Position numbers and translations under genes: made by a program. This document shows positions 26,686 through 40,195 of a stretch of 64,000 bases of DNA, in pieces; position 1 is the stretch's first letter, and each line of letters starts with the position of its first letter. The notes below the pieces were generated by a model. The model had not been told where the DNA came from. It saw only the letters and a list, made by a program, of their open reading frames with translations, and ran no database searches. The stretch is from Octopus vulgaris (Eukaryota): contig OX597817.1 in the NCBI GenBank assembly GCA_951406725.2, positions 119,908,001 to 119,972,000 on the forward strand, given 5' to 3'.

Positions 26686-26812
26686 CGAGGTCCACTTTAC
26701 CTTTCACCCTTTCGGGGTCAATAAATTAAGTACCAGTTGCATACTGCGTCGGTCCAATTGACTGTTCCCCTCCCCTAAAATTTCAGGCCTTGTGCCTATA
26801 GTAGAAGGATTA
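26686..26812 (+). mobile_element. SINE family B, 3' part
   Basis: CCTTTCACCCTTTCGGGGTCAATAAATTAAGTACCAG...GGCCTTGTGCCTATAGTAG. Confidence 0.8.
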
Positions 26813-27235
26813 TTTGAGGTATCAGAGTGGCAAAAATTGTAGAATACAACTTTAAATGCTTTACATTATTTCTCTCTATAGTTTGAGCTGTATTGGGATT
26901 AACTTTACCTTTCATCTCTCTAGGACCTACAACATAAGTTTCAGCTTGTACTGATACCAGTTTATTTAATGATACAGTTCCTATACAAATTTACTCTTTT
27001 ATGACAATGTAAAATTCATTATAACTATAATTATTATCATTATAATCTCTTTCGTTAATGCCTTTTTCTTACTCGAAGTACTGAATTCAAACTGTATATA
27101 TAAATTGCATGCAGTTTTTCTTTTGTGCGAGCATGTATGTATGCATGTGTACATATATTTCATGCCCTCAGCTTATGAATGGGATTCTACATAACATAGA
27201 TGTCATGAATAATAATTCTATTTATTTTCAATTAG

Positions 27236-27529
27236 ATGCCGGTAGCACGTAAAAGCACCATCCGTTCGTGTCCGTTGCTAGCCTCGCTTGGACCCCATGC
27301 CGGTGGCACATAAAAACACCATCCGTTCATGGCCGTTTGCCAGCTCTGTCTGGCACCTGTGCAGGTGGCACGTAAAAAGCACCCACTACACTCACGGAGT
27401 GGTTGGCGTTAGGAAGGGCATCCAGCTGTAGAAACACTGCCAAATCTGACTGGGCCTGATGAAGCCTTCCGGCTTCACAGACCCCAGTTAAACCGTCCAA
27501 CCCATGCTAGCATGGAAAACGGACGCTAA

Positions 27530-27568
<39 letters not shown>
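27236..27568 (+). mobile_element. RTE-type 3' end, family E, with 2-3 repeat units and long (GAT)n
   Basis: Same units and tail as the 26306 copy. Confidence 0.9.
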
Positions 27569-27570
<2 letters not shown>

Positions 27571-27809
27571 TGATACTCAGAATACAGCTTTTTTTTAAAT
27601 TATATTAACTCCTATTAACATTAAAATAATAATTAGAATAGTTACCACATACATTTTCTATATCCTTATTTTTCAATTCTTACATTTAGATAGGCTCTCA
27701 ATCTTCTCTACTGCAATATATGGTCACAATAAATTGATATACTAATGAAAATGTATTCTTACTTTAATTCATCATTATAAAGAAAATCTTTGAGTATATT
27801 TGTTCAGAT

Positions 27810-28222
27810 TTTTATAAAGATGTACAGCAAAGAAACTCATCAATGGTGAGTGTTACAGAGAAGAGAATGGTTGCCAAATAAGAAAGGTGCCACAAGGACA
27901 GCCTGAAAGAAACATCGTTAGAGTCCTCTGGACAGCTTCCTCAGAATTATCAATAAATCCTTATGATGCACCCTCATCAATAAAAACAGTAAATCCTCAC
28001 AAAAGTATGCATTCAGGCATCAGAAACCAAGCTTAAGTTCCACAAAGCTTGGTCTACCAGCACTTGAATTAAGTTACAGCCTTCATGCATTCTACATTCC
28101 AGTGATTATTTTATTTCCATACAAGAATTGCCTCATCAACCATCTGCAGACCCATAAAATTCATTCTATTGCATAACTGTAAATCAATGTCTTCAGCAAT
28201 CACAGATGGATTAACGATGATC
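27810..28222 (+). mobile_element. Decayed RTE/BovB-like LINE 3' end
   Basis: Remnants AKKLINGE...GCQ...HKDSLK and CLINHLQTH resemble RLPKKLFYGEL...GGQ..KDTLK and GLISHLRTH. Confidence 0.55.
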
Positions 28223-28744
28223 TATTCTTGTCCAAACAAAGGAACAGACAAAATACCAATACTCATATAACAACCCTTGCCAGCAAGGAATATACACATT
28301 AAATGATGATGGTGATGGTGATGATGATGATGATGATGAGTGTGCCAATGTATTTATTATAACAACACTATGCCCACAATTCTCAGGATAAGATAATCTG
28401 GTATGTCTCATTTTTTTTTTTATAGATTTTCATTTTATGTACGAACTACAGAAAACAAGTTTAACCCTTCTTTAGTTATAAATATATGTCCTTGATTTGA
28501 CTTCTCAGCAGTGTTTATACCAGGACTATAGTAAACATAGAAGAGACAATACATTATAGTAGAAATGCTTTTTCTTCTTTTAAATTGTGTTTTATAAATA
28601 GAAGTGAAACTTCGTTCTTAATGTTTTCATGTTCATCAGCAAAGATTTACATCCACCTATTATTTATGCAGATCTTTATCAATCATTTTATCTATTCTCT
28701 TTTGTAAGTTGTCAGATAACTGGCACTGTAGATGAACAAGAAAG

Positions 28745-28960
28745 CATACGCACACACACATGCTCATACACACACACACATTATATATACATATATATAT
28801 ATGTGTGTATGTGTGTGTGCATATATATATACATATATATATATATGCATGTGTGTATATATATATATATATATAGATATACATGCATATATATATATAC
28901 ATGCATATATATATATATATACATGCATATATGTACACATATAAATACACATGTGTGTGA

Positions 28961-28997
<37 letters not shown>

Positions 28998-29090
28998 CAT
29001 ACACAGTTATATACATATGCACATACACATATAAACATACATACACAAGTATTCATTAATATACACACATGTATACACACACAAACACAT
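28745..29090. repeat. Compound (TA)/(CA)/(TG) microsatellite field
   Basis: Direct inspection. Confidence 0.95.
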
Positions 29091-29374
29091 ACAACACAGG
29101 CTGGCATCAGCTATTCCTAAATGCAATAAACCAGAGAATCTGCATAAAGTTGTGAAGGAATTTTAATGGCTCTATTACTAATATTTTGGTGTTGGTAAGA
29201 CTTCGCAACTTTCTATCTTAAATATTTGTCGCTATACTCATAAAATGAAAGCTGATCATAATGGTAGAAATGGAACTAAAAAGTGTGACTGAGGAATGGA
29301 ATCAATATGTAATATTACATAAGAAATGGAAACCAAAACCCTGAAACTTCACACTGGAATATTGGTACCTGGTT

Positions 29375-29589
29375 AAGGTGGTGAGATAGCAGAACTGTTA
29401 GCATGCCAGGCAAAATTCTTGGTGGCATTTTTTGTTCAGCTTTATGTTCTGAGTTTGATTTCCCTTGAGGTCAACTTTACCTGTTGTCCTTTCGGGGTTC
29501 ATAAAATAGGAACCAGTTGAATACTAGGGTTGATGTAATTGATTTACCTTTCTCACAAAATTGTTGGCCTTCTGCGAAAATTTGAAACT
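29375..29589 (+). mobile_element. Full-length SINE family B with 17-bp TSD
   Basis: TSD AATATTGGTACCTGGTT (29358-29374) / AATACTGGTACCTGGTT (29590-29606), 1 mismatch. Confidence 0.9.
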
Positions 29590-29857
29590 AATACTGGTAC
29601 CTGGTTGAGATTAACATTTTTCTATCATTATAAGTGGTAGTTTCTATCATTTTCAAGAACATCTCCGAACATTGAGTAATACATTTGAAAATTGGGAAAA
29701 TATAGTTTGGAAATCTGTGAGCAGATAAACATAGAGAATGTAATTATTTTGAACAAGTACGCTATCTATCAGATTTGGTACAAATTTCTTGAAATATATT
29801 TGAAGCAGTTTAAGGATAAGTAATCTTTAAAAATAAAGGTATTCTTCTTTAATCAGT

Positions 29858-30539
29858 AGTTGTGGTGGTTGTGTGGTAAGAAGCTTCCTTCCCAACTACA
29901 TGATTCTGGGTTCAATCCCACTGTGTAGCACCTTGGGCAAGTGTCTCCTATTATAGCCTCAAGCTGACCAAAGCCTTGTAAGTGGATTTGGTAGACAGAA
30001 ACTGAAAGAAGCCCATCATATTTAATATTTATTATTTATTATATTATATTAATAAATTTTTATTTTTGAATTGACAATTGTATATTTCTATTTTCTTTCC
30101 ATTTTTATAAATTTAATATATACCCATCTGAATTGTAAAGTTTTTCTCTACTAAATTAGGTATTATACAGTGGAGTCAGTGACAGATTGGATGTTTTCAT
30201 CCCTATTTTCCTCACACACACACACACACACCCATACACACACACATATCATATATAAATATAAAATATAAAATCAAAACACAATATATACACATATATA
30301 TATATATATATATATCTGTGTGTGTCTTTGTGTCTATGTTTGTCTCCCCATCACTGCTTGACAACCAGTGTTAGTGTGTTTATATACTCCATAACATAGT
30401 GGTTCGGCAAAAATGACTGATAGAATAAATACTAGGTTTAAAAAATAAGACCTGGGGTTGATTTGTTCAAAAAACCCTTCAAGGTGGTATCCAGCATGGT
30501 CACAGTCAAATGACTAAAACTAGTAAAAGAATAAAAGAA
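29858..30539 (+). mobile_element. SINE family A, split by about 300 bp of AT-rich sequence in its central microsatellite
   Basis: Head 29858-30020; body and tail 30316-30539. Confidence 0.85.
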
Positions 30540-31414
30540 CACCTGTTGAATAGTTAATAGTCCCTAATCTGTAACTAATAACCAATAAAATACAAGACAA
30601 ACGGCATTGCTATTGAATGTAAGCATACTTCAACTAACTAATAACTAATTATTTATTGCATTTCTTTATTATTTTTTTCTCTTAATTATTTATTATATTT
30701 CTTTATGTATCCTTTAATTTTCCATCACATGATAAAAACAATTACATAGTTTAAATATTATAGGATACGTCTTAAATAAAATTTAATCAAACAGATTATA
30801 CTGAAAAAAATATTCTAATTTTCAAACTCATAAACAGTTTTCCAAATCTTAAACTGTTTATGTACAAATATCTGAAGATTTTATTCTCGTTGTTATTGAC
30901 TCATTATTTGACTTCACTTCTAGTTGTGAGGTTAATGATGTAATATCACTGACTCTTTCAGTGAAAACAAAAAGATTAAAATATCCCGTGTAATGATATT
31001 CATAGTCTCAAATTCACAGTATGATAGCATAAACTACTTGCTATGTCTTTTAAACAGTTTTATTTATTGTTCATCTCTGATTCATAACATTTATTGACTA
31101 CTGTCTAAAAACAATATTAGAAGTCAACATTACAGCTGAGGTCAAACACCTTAAGCAGATGTTTGATATAGTATGTACAAATATGTAAGTATCTCACATA
31201 TGTAATAAAGTGATCTGAAAAACTTCACTCAACAGTACTAAACTACGAGCTGACTGCATCTAAAAGCAGAAACAGCTGTAAGCTAATGAAGTTCATTAGA
31301 TAATCATGCATCCCTTGATCATCTCTCTTTATTATCATCACTCTATACTCAACTGACACTTCATTCTAAAACATACATACATTGAGTTCTACACCAGGTT
31401 ATTAGTTTCACAAC

Positions 31415-31920
31415 TGTTGTTGTGACCCCCTTTGGTCATGAATGACCATGGGATTGCACCTAGAAAGTTACCCTCCGAGTCTGGGCAAGGTTATTTATGG
31501 AAGACAAGCAGTCGCCCATGCATACCAGCCTCCCCTCTTCACACCACCAATGTTATCCAAGGTAAGGCAAAGGTCGATACAGCTCGATACCAGTGACGTC
31601 GCAACTCATTTATTAATGTGCAAATGGCTGAGCACTCCACAGACACGTGTACCCTTGATGTAGTTCTCGGGGAGATTCAGTATGACACCGAGTATGACAA
31701 GGCTGGCCCTTTGAATTACAGGTACAACAGAAACAAGAAGAGAGAGAGAAAGTAGTAGTGAAAGAGTACAGCAAGGTTTGCCACCACCCCCTGCCGGAGC
31801 CTCGTGGAGCTTTAGGTGTTTTCTCTCAATAAACACTTACAATGCCTGGTCTGGGAATCGAAACCACGATCCTATGACCACGAGTCCACTGCCCTAACTA
31901 CTAGACCATTGCACCTCCAC
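31415..31920 (-). mobile_element. tRNA-derived SINE family C
   Basis: Minus head GTGGAGGTGCAATGGTCTAGTAGTTAGG...GGTTTCGATTCCC; (CAA)-type tail; imperfect TSD AGTTTCACAA (31404) / AGTCTCACAA (31921). Confidence 0.8.
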
Positions 31921-33587
31921 AGTCTCACAATAATCTATAAAGATACGATGATGGTTATAACTATCATCATATCCTTCATAATTAGTGTCACATTATCATA
32001 AACTGTTAAAATTGAAATTTAGGCCCATTAAAAACATCATAACTTCAACATCAAAATTATATCATTTGTATTTCTCATAATAAACCTTGCTGTATAATAT
32101 TTTGTAAAGCCCTCTACTACCTAACTGAAAATCTGAAAATACTTAATTTTCCAAAAAAAAAATGTAGAATGTGTAAAACAGAATACTAAATCAGCAATGA
32201 GTTTAGAATAACACGAATTCCTTTATTCTATGAGGTTATTCTATCTTTTCTAATTAAATGTTTATGTATTTAATTGAAATGGAAATATATGGAAATTAAA
32301 CATATTCAGATGAGACAAAGTAAAAGGCAATAGTTCACCTGTTTGTGCTTCATTATAATATTTTTTATAATGATACAAAAACTGTAAAAAAAATCCAACA
32401 GTTATTGATTCATGCAGTCATCATCCACATCATCATCATTGTTTATAATTATCATTATATTATCATTATCATTACATTAACTATGGGCCGAACATAATCA
32501 TAAATCTATTTTTAAGTTTAAACATTTCATCATATACAATTTCTTTTTTCCTTTTGATATATAGTAAAATATAAAAATAAAAGTGAAATTTAATTTAACT
32601 TCAAAGGAAGATTTATTGTTATTTATACCTTTAAACATGGACTTTAATAAATTGTTTTAATTAGTGAAAGGTTGATAACCTGTTGCATTCTGATCGAGTA
32701 AGCATTGTAGTGAAATTCCATTAGAAAAACTGTGAAGTTATATCATTCAACGAGGAGACCCACTGCTGAAGAAATGCAAACTTTAAAAAGTTCATTTCAT
32801 TGGGGATGTTTTTGAAACAATAGTTTTATTTTAGGAAATTAAATTGAATCATCAATAAAAATTATTGTTTTAAATCTTGACAAGTTTCCCTTCTATTTCA
32901 ATATATAATTTGACTACATAATAAATTATTCCAAAGGTATAACTTTTGAAGACTTTGAAGAAGTTTGAATATGTCTATAACTGCTTTCTTAAATATTTTG
33001 CATATTATATTTAAGAGAGTATCTATTTTACTCTCATCCATATTCCTCAGAATTTTACACTGGTTTATTTTATATTTATATTTATTTATTTATTTATATG
33101 CAGTATATCAGAATAATGCATAAAGAACAATATCCATTGACAGGTGTATTTTAAAACCAGGTGAGGTGAGCAATAGTGATGGTTAAATTTAACATATATT
33201 TTATTGAACCTATAAAAGTATTCCCTGTAATTCTGGCTAAAACTAACTGTTTCAAAGATTCCTCCCACATTCTTCAGAAACACTCCAAAGTTAATGCCTA
33301 AGCTCAACTAGGTTGATTATACTCTACACAGATACAACAAAACTCTACTTGTTTAATTAGTTATCACTAACACACAACACACACACAATATAATACTTTT
33401 GTAATCATTTCTGCTATTGACAAAATTTCTGCTATTGAATTTCTGCGGAAAACTTTCACTATTGTCAAATTTAAGAAGTTAATTCCTCCAGATGAGATAT
33501 ACACACATACACAACACACATCTGACTGTCTATGTATGTATACATATCCACACACAAACACACACACAACACTGAATAGCTTCCATA

Positions 33588-33722
33588 TATTCTTTTCTGT
33601 TTTAGACTTGAGGCCCAAAATTTTTGGGAGTGGGGGGCAGTCAATTAGATCGACCCCAGTACGGAACTATTACTTAATTTATCAACTCCAAAGGGATGAA
33701 AGACAAAGCTGACCTCGGTGGA
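33588..33722 (-). mobile_element. SINE family B, 3' fragment
   Basis: GATCGACCCCAGTACG...GGGATGAAAGACAAAGCTGACCTCGG. Confidence 0.75.
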
Positions 33723-35253
33723 TAGCTTCCAAATATTGTACAGAAGTCATAAGTAGAAGAGAGAAACATTGTTTAAAAATAAGTCAGTTAAGAGTTCCCG
33801 TCAGCTCTTTTAAAGCATAATGCAAAACTCAGCAAATTGTAGAGAGCACTTTTGTATAATAACATATGAAATAAGAACAATCATGTATCTACTCAAAGAA
33901 CATAACAAAATATCTACTGTTAGGAGTCTTATATATAATTTAAGAGTGGAAACTTATAATTTATCTATTAGCTCTTTACCCACCTTCCTAATGAACCTCC
34001 AAATAAATATATTTTAGTTCAGATTGAATAAAACCAACTACAACTTCCACTTATTTAACATTTCAGCTTTCTTAGATTTCTTTCTTCCTTTTTTGTTTTT
34101 GTTTTGGAGGCTTGATTTAAAAACTCTTTTCATTACCAGTGTAACTGAGGCAAATGTTTTTGTCATCTGTTCCAAAATATTTAGCACCATTTTAAATATT
34201 CCTTTTACAGCTACTAGAATAATTTGAATCAGTGATTTTAAGAGTTGTGTTAATAGCATAAATTCCAGTACCTGTCTATTTGAAGAAAATATACAACTGG
34301 TGTCCATCCTTGTAATGTGCCACTAAGTCATAAAAATAACCATTAAAATCAACAAACTTCAGATCTTCAAAGTTTAGAATTTTCATGATTTCAATCCAGT
34401 AAAAGGAGCTTATAAAGAATGCAGATGGATAAATAAGCAGATTTTATTTGACAGGAATCGAATTTGTTATTCATATTCAGCTTTAATTTTAGTGAATTGT
34501 TTACTTATTCTATATAATGTTTTTTTTTTCTCTCATGCATACTTTTTATGCGTGTCAAATTTATACTTAACAGAAAAGGAAATTTGATAAACATTCCAAC
34601 ATACGCTCCAAACATATAGTAATGAAGCTGAAAATAATTTTTTAGAAATATGAAATAACTCCTTTAAATTCTTACACATAATGATCTGAAAGTATAGGCA
34701 ATGATTTTTCAAAGAAACTTAAAAGGCTGTAGATAATGTCAATTCTCATAAATAGTAAAGAATGATCTGTGAAACATTTGCAATTTCAAGTTATAGATGA
34801 CCTGTTCGTTAAAATTTCAAAAAATGTTTGAAATTCTAAATGACTGAAATACTAAGTTCAAACATACTACTTTAAATTAATAAAGGAATTTTTTTTAAAA
34901 CTATATTAGCAGCAACCAATAATATAGTTATGTGCTTATATGTTAGTGCATACATGTTGTACTTTCTTAAGGTTTGAAAGCATTTCGGGCAATAAAATAG
35001 AAATAGTTATTTATTTGCACAAAAAAGTCACACTATTTTTACATGAAAGTACATAATGTGTACATTTTGGAAAGTAAACCGTAGAGTCAGTTTTTAGTGA
35101 CAGTAATTAGTTCACTTCAGTCAGCTAATTAAAGTATTTTTGTCCTTTATTCCCCACACAAAGAAGTTTTTGTCCTTGTTTTCAAAAATTTCAAAATGGC
35201 TGCAAAAAGACAGATTTTTTTTTCGAAGTATATTATAAAAAGAATATATTTAA

Positions 35254-35533
35254 CCTGTTAGCGTTCAGATTACTACTCTTTCATATTTAATGCTCATTTT
35301 TTCACATTGCTTTGGTTTGATCATGCTACGAAATTTCAATGAATTATTCTTTTTATTCTTTTACTCTTTTACTTGTTTCAGCCATGCTGGAGTACCACCA
35401 TTAGTCGAATTAATCGACCCCAGGACTTATTCTTTATTAGCCTAGTACTATCGGTCTCTTTTGCTGAACTGCTAAGTTACGGGGATGTAAACACACCAAC
35501 ATCAGATGTCAAGCGATGCTGGGGGGGGGGGGA

Positions 35534-35593
<60 letters not shown>

Positions 35594-35879
35594 GACAGGA
35601 TTCTTTCCGTTTCTATCTACCAAATCTACTCACAAGGCTTTGGTCGGCCTGAGGCTATAGTAGAAGACACTTACCCAAGGTGCCATGCAGTGGGACTGAA
35701 CCCAGAACCATGTGGTTGGTAAGCAAGCTACTTACCACACAGCCACTCCTGCGCCTGTGTGATGTGATTGTTTTTAGAATGACATGGTGAAGTGAGCATG
35801 ACAGGCCAGATGTGGCTGGTTTGAATACAGGACAGGCAAAACATTTAGGCCTGATATGACCAATTTAAATGCTAAAGGG
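35254..35879. mobile_element. TTAA-flanked (piggyBac-like) MITE carrying a nested SINE A
   Basis: TTAA-CCTGTTAGCGTTCA ... TAAATGCTAAAGGG-TTAA; an uninterrupted relative lies at 56008-56222. Confidence 0.8.
35348..35756 (-). mobile_element. SINE family A, well conserved, nested in MITE
   Basis: Complete head AGGCGCAGGAGTGGCTGTGTGGTAAG through tail. Confidence 0.92.
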
Positions 35880-35907
35880 TTAAATAAGGTTTTTTTAATT
35901 TCTTTAA

Positions 35908-36124
35908 CCCTTTCGTTACCAACCCGACTGAAACCGGCTCTGGTTCTGTAGTACAAATGTCTTGTCTTCATAAGTTTTGAATTAAAATCTTCCACCAAAC
36001 CTTGGTCACAATGTATGTTCCTAACAATAGTTTAATGATAACTAAGTTATTCTACTAAATTTTTTGCTATATTTAAAATAATTGAAACACAGAACATCTC
36101 AAAATAAATACAGTAACAAAAGGC
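35908..36124. mobile_element. Second TTAA-flanked piggyBac-like MITE
   Basis: TTAA-CCCTTTCGTTAC ... GTAACAAAAGGC-TTAA. Confidence 0.8.
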
Positions 36125-36343
36125 TTAAACTGGGAACGAAAAATAACAAATGAACTTAGTATTGGTGTGGGTACAGTTGTATATATCCTCACATTTATCT
36201 TCACACATACATGTACATGAAACACATACATTCATGCTTGCAAATATATACACACAAACTTGTGAACTCACTCAAGAGTACATAGATATTCTTGAATCCT
36301 TTCAAAGGCCAGTAAATCTGCATTGTTTTTTTCCTTTAAACAA

Positions 36344-36401
<58 letters not shown>

Positions 36402-36929
36402 CATGCACTCATGCAGTAGAATGTAAAAGAGTAAAGTAATTTTGCTTGCTTGCTGTTGAACATATGAGTGAGCTGGTTGTGATGAAGTTTAAATTGATTT
36501 GTACTAAGTCCTTTATAGGTATCAGATATGTTATTAGTCTCTAAAATGCATTAGAAAATTATATCCTTGCTAAGCAGTAAAAATCTGAAGGAAACTCTTT
36601 ATAGTTCATAAAGTTGTGTTTATATACTTAATCATTTTTAAACAAATTAGATGTGGTAATTGTGTGACTAATAATAGCAGCAGTAATGTATGATACTTTA
36701 ATTGTTTTTAGATATTTCAAGTTTTATGCTACTTTTGTTGTGAATGGAAGTACTTTTTATAAGTAATTCTTTTAAAAATGTGTAACTGGAGTTGTAGCTG
36801 TAATATAAAAGGGTGAGTTGTCCTATGTAATAATTATTTTCCTATTCTTTTGCTGTCGATCTGGTAATTTTAAAATTTTCTTCTTTACATTCACTTTCAA
36901 AAAGAGGCACCATTATATAGTATTTAGAG

Positions 36930-37319
36930 CAGGGATTCTCAACCAGAGTCCATATGAACCCGGGGCATCTATATAAGATTTTAGAAGGTCCATGCAAATA
37001 AAATAGTTAATAAGAGGTCCATAGAATTTATGGATCCATAAAAAGATTATATACTAGACATACATATGTATTGCTAGAAACAGTTAAGTTTCTTTCTCTA
37101 ATGTTTTACATAATTCAACACATTTCCAGCTTCTGAAATGTGTTCCCTCAGTCTGTGGCTACTGCAGATTTACACAAGTGAACATATGAAAAATAAAGCA
37201 AGAATTTTGAAATAAATGTCTACAAAACCAGTTTTAGGACACAGAATGGATATGGAAATGCACAAGAATGAAATAGTAACCAAGCGGGTCTGTAGGCAGA
37301 AAATGGTTGAGAACCACTG
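36930..37319. mobile_element. hAT/Charlie-like MITE
   Basis: TIRs CAGGGATTCTCAACC / GGTTGAGAACCACTG; no 8-bp TSD preserved. Confidence 0.65.
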
Positions 37320-39065
37320 GTAATCCATGAAAATTGAGTATGTTAACTGAGAGGTTTGATCACCCTAGGGAGATATTTTCAATTAAGTTATAATATATTT
37401 TGAGGTGGTTTAATAATTTATTGATGAAATCAAAGGCTTCATATGGCTTGCAGTAAAGGTAATAGAGAAGTTATTTATATTTAGGGTTACATTAAAAATA
37501 TTAGCAAATTCAGTATTAGTGATAGTAGTGATACTATGTAACAGACTTTTAAAGGAAGGTATAAATTTTCTTTATAGTTTATTTATTTATTGTAGATTAA
37601 AATTGTTCAGAACTAATCTGCAATTTTCTCTATGGGGACACTTTCAACCTGGAGGAAATTTGCTTTTAAATTAAGTAAGAGGTACATCTCTATAAGGTCA
37701 TTTAGACTGTCAAACCTCTTGGCTTACAAATTCATGCAGATTCCTTTAAATACTGAAATTATACTCTTTCCAAAATCTGAATTAAAGAAAAATTCATGCC
37801 ATGGAGAAACTACTAGATCTATAATATACAAGAATAGGAAAAGCAATGTTACACAATACATTAATATTGGTTGCAACTCCAAAACTTCTCTACACAACAT
37901 TATACTATAAAATCTTTAAGGAAAACAGGTACGGTCTTACACTGTACCAGAACCAACACTGTCAACACAATTACCTCAAATAGCTTGTCTAAACTGTTAG
38001 TCTACAACTAACTAAACTAGTAGCGACTGCCACTATATGACAGTAAAACTGTCAAATAGTGGCAATTTCTTACTAACTGCTTAGTTAAGTATATAGCTTA
38101 CCAATTTACCATAGAGACTAATAACACTAATGCATATACAAGACACTTGATATCCATTTAGCATCATTACTATCAACAAACATGCATGCATTCAGAACAA
38201 AAGATACTTCACATTTTAGATTCATTTAGGATTTTAAAAGGATATACATTAGAATATGACATGAAACATGATCTCTAGAGCTAAATATTATAATGGAAAA
38301 TAAACAAAACCCCTGAAACTTGTATGCAACCAAGACTTATGAAATACTCTTTATCAAAACTACAAAAAAGAAAACAATCTTAAACAGATAAGCTGCTTCT
38401 CATGGAGACACAAAACATACAAAATAGATACATTAAATCAGCTATATAGGTCAATCAGTAAAGTTACAATGTAAATAGCTTAATCTATTCATTCCACTTA
38501 CCTATAGTTTAATGAATACCTATCCTTCTTTTCAAATAGCAACATAAACTAGAATACAACATAAGTTTATGTTCCCAATACATCCTTTAAAATTCTTATG
38601 CAAAGAATTTTCACCTCAGCTTTAGGGCTGAAGCATATAAATGAACATAAAAGAACTTGATTCCATTTTTCCAAACATCATACTGAACGGTAAATCAGCA
38701 GAGTGAACTACAGTGTTGGATGGCACATCTCACTATATATATTGTAACTCTGCGTACTCTGAGTTGAACTGCAACCAAGAGCAACTTTGCCTTTCACCCT
38801 TTAAGCGTCAATAAAAAATGTGGATTAGCAGAGATGCTGGAGAGTGAGCTATACCTTGCAGTATCTCTTCTGGTTCTTTGCATTCTGACAGCAGCATATG
38901 TGATGACACTGATGCCCTAGTCCTCAACATTTTACTTGAAAAAATGTTGGTGGAATGGAAGGGAAGAGATGAGTGCATGGCCAACTGGTCATCTAACAGT
39001 CTTCCTCAAAATAATCTTGCCCAAACTCATACATACATGGTCAACCTTTAGTAGTGGAGGCTAGA

Positions 39066-40014
39066 CAAAATAGATGAACATCAATGGAATTTGTATCTTG
39101 TGGTACCAGTGCCTGTGGCACACAAGAAATCCATCAGTGCTGTAGTCAGTGCGGTGGGCACATGACAAATACCATCCGATCGTGGCCGTTCGCCAGCCTC
39201 ATCTAGCACCTGTGTCAGTGGCACATAAAAACACCATCCGAAGACCCGGCAAAACAAATCAAAATAGATGAACATCAATGGAATTTGTATCTTTGTGGTA
39301 CCAGTGCCGGTGGCACGTGGCACATAAGAAAACCATCCGAACGTGGCCGTAGCCAGTACTGCATCGACTGGCCTCCGTGCTGTGGGCACGTAACAAGCAC
39401 CATCCGATCGTGGCCGTTTGCCAGCCTCATCTGGCACCTGTGTCGGTGACACATAAAAACACCATCCGAGCGTGGCCGTCTGCCAGCCTCGTCTGGCACC
39501 TGTGTCGGTGGCACATAAAAACACCATCCGAGCGTGGCCGTCTGCCAGCCTCGTCTGCCAGCCTCGTCTGGCACCTGTGTCGGTGACACATAAAAACACC
39601 ATCCGAGCGTGGCCGTCTGCCAGCCTCGTCTGGCACCTGTGTCGGTGGCACATAAAAACACCATCCGAGCGTGGCCGTCTGCCAGCCTCGTCTGGCACCT
39701 GTGTCGGTGGCACATAAAAAACACCATCCGAGCGTGGCCGTCTGCCAGCCTCGTCTGGCACCTGTGTCGGTGGCACATAAAAAACACCATCCGAGCGTGG
39801 CCGTTTGCCAGCCTCGTCTGGCACCTGTGTCGGTGGCACATAAAATCACCCACTACACTCTCGGAGTGGTTGGCGTTAGGAAGGGCATCCAGCTGTAGAA
39901 ACACTGCCAGATCTGACTGGACTGGTGCAGCTTTCGGGCTCCCCAGACCCCAGTTGAACCGTCCAACCCATGCTAGCATGGAAAGCGGACGTTAAATGAT
40001 GATGATGATGATGA
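39066..40014 (+). mobile_element. RTE-type 3' end, family E, with expanded tandem array
   Basis: GAAGACCCGGCAAAAC (KTRQ, like the ORF end in the 58020 copy), tandem units, conserved tail and (GAT)n. Confidence 0.9.
39400..39848 (+). repeat. GC-rich ~62-bp minisatellite, 7 consecutive near-identical units
   Basis: CCATCCG at 39400, 39462, 39524, 39599, 39661, 39724, 39787; variant units at 39172 and 39333. Confidence 0.97.
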
Positions 40015-40027
40015 TATATATATATAT

Positions 40028-40195
40028 GGGGAGAGTTCACGAAAAAACAAAAGATGAAGACAGGTGGTGTGCAAAACAAACAGATGTATTAGTATAGAGC
40101 TCAGAAATAGAGAAAGTCTTTTACGTTTCGAGCCTACGCTCTTCTACAGAAAGAGACACAGAAAAAAACAAGGAGAGAGAAAAAATTCGTATATT
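40028..40195 (-). mobile_element. Penelope-like element terminal-repeat fragment
   Basis: Contains a minimal hammerhead motif of the type associated with Penelope-like elements; sits next to a (TA)n tract. Confidence 0.55.
40117..40154 (-). ncRNA. Minimal type I hammerhead ribozyme-like motif (A6U variant)
   Basis: UCUUU-CUGUAGA-A-GAGC-GUAG-GCUC-GAAAC-GU-A-AAAGA: 5-bp stem I, 4-bp stem II, palindromic ACGU stem III, GUA triplet. Confidence 0.65.

Noticed and set aside
31845-31920. tRNA-like sequences with A and B boxes
   Set aside because: SINE heads running into SINE bodies; no complete cloverleaf
39081-39995. Long overlapping ORFs (up to 252 aa) and a CRISPR-like appearance
   Set aside because: Stop-poor GC-rich tandem repeat; units are contiguous with no unique spacers and there are no cas genes
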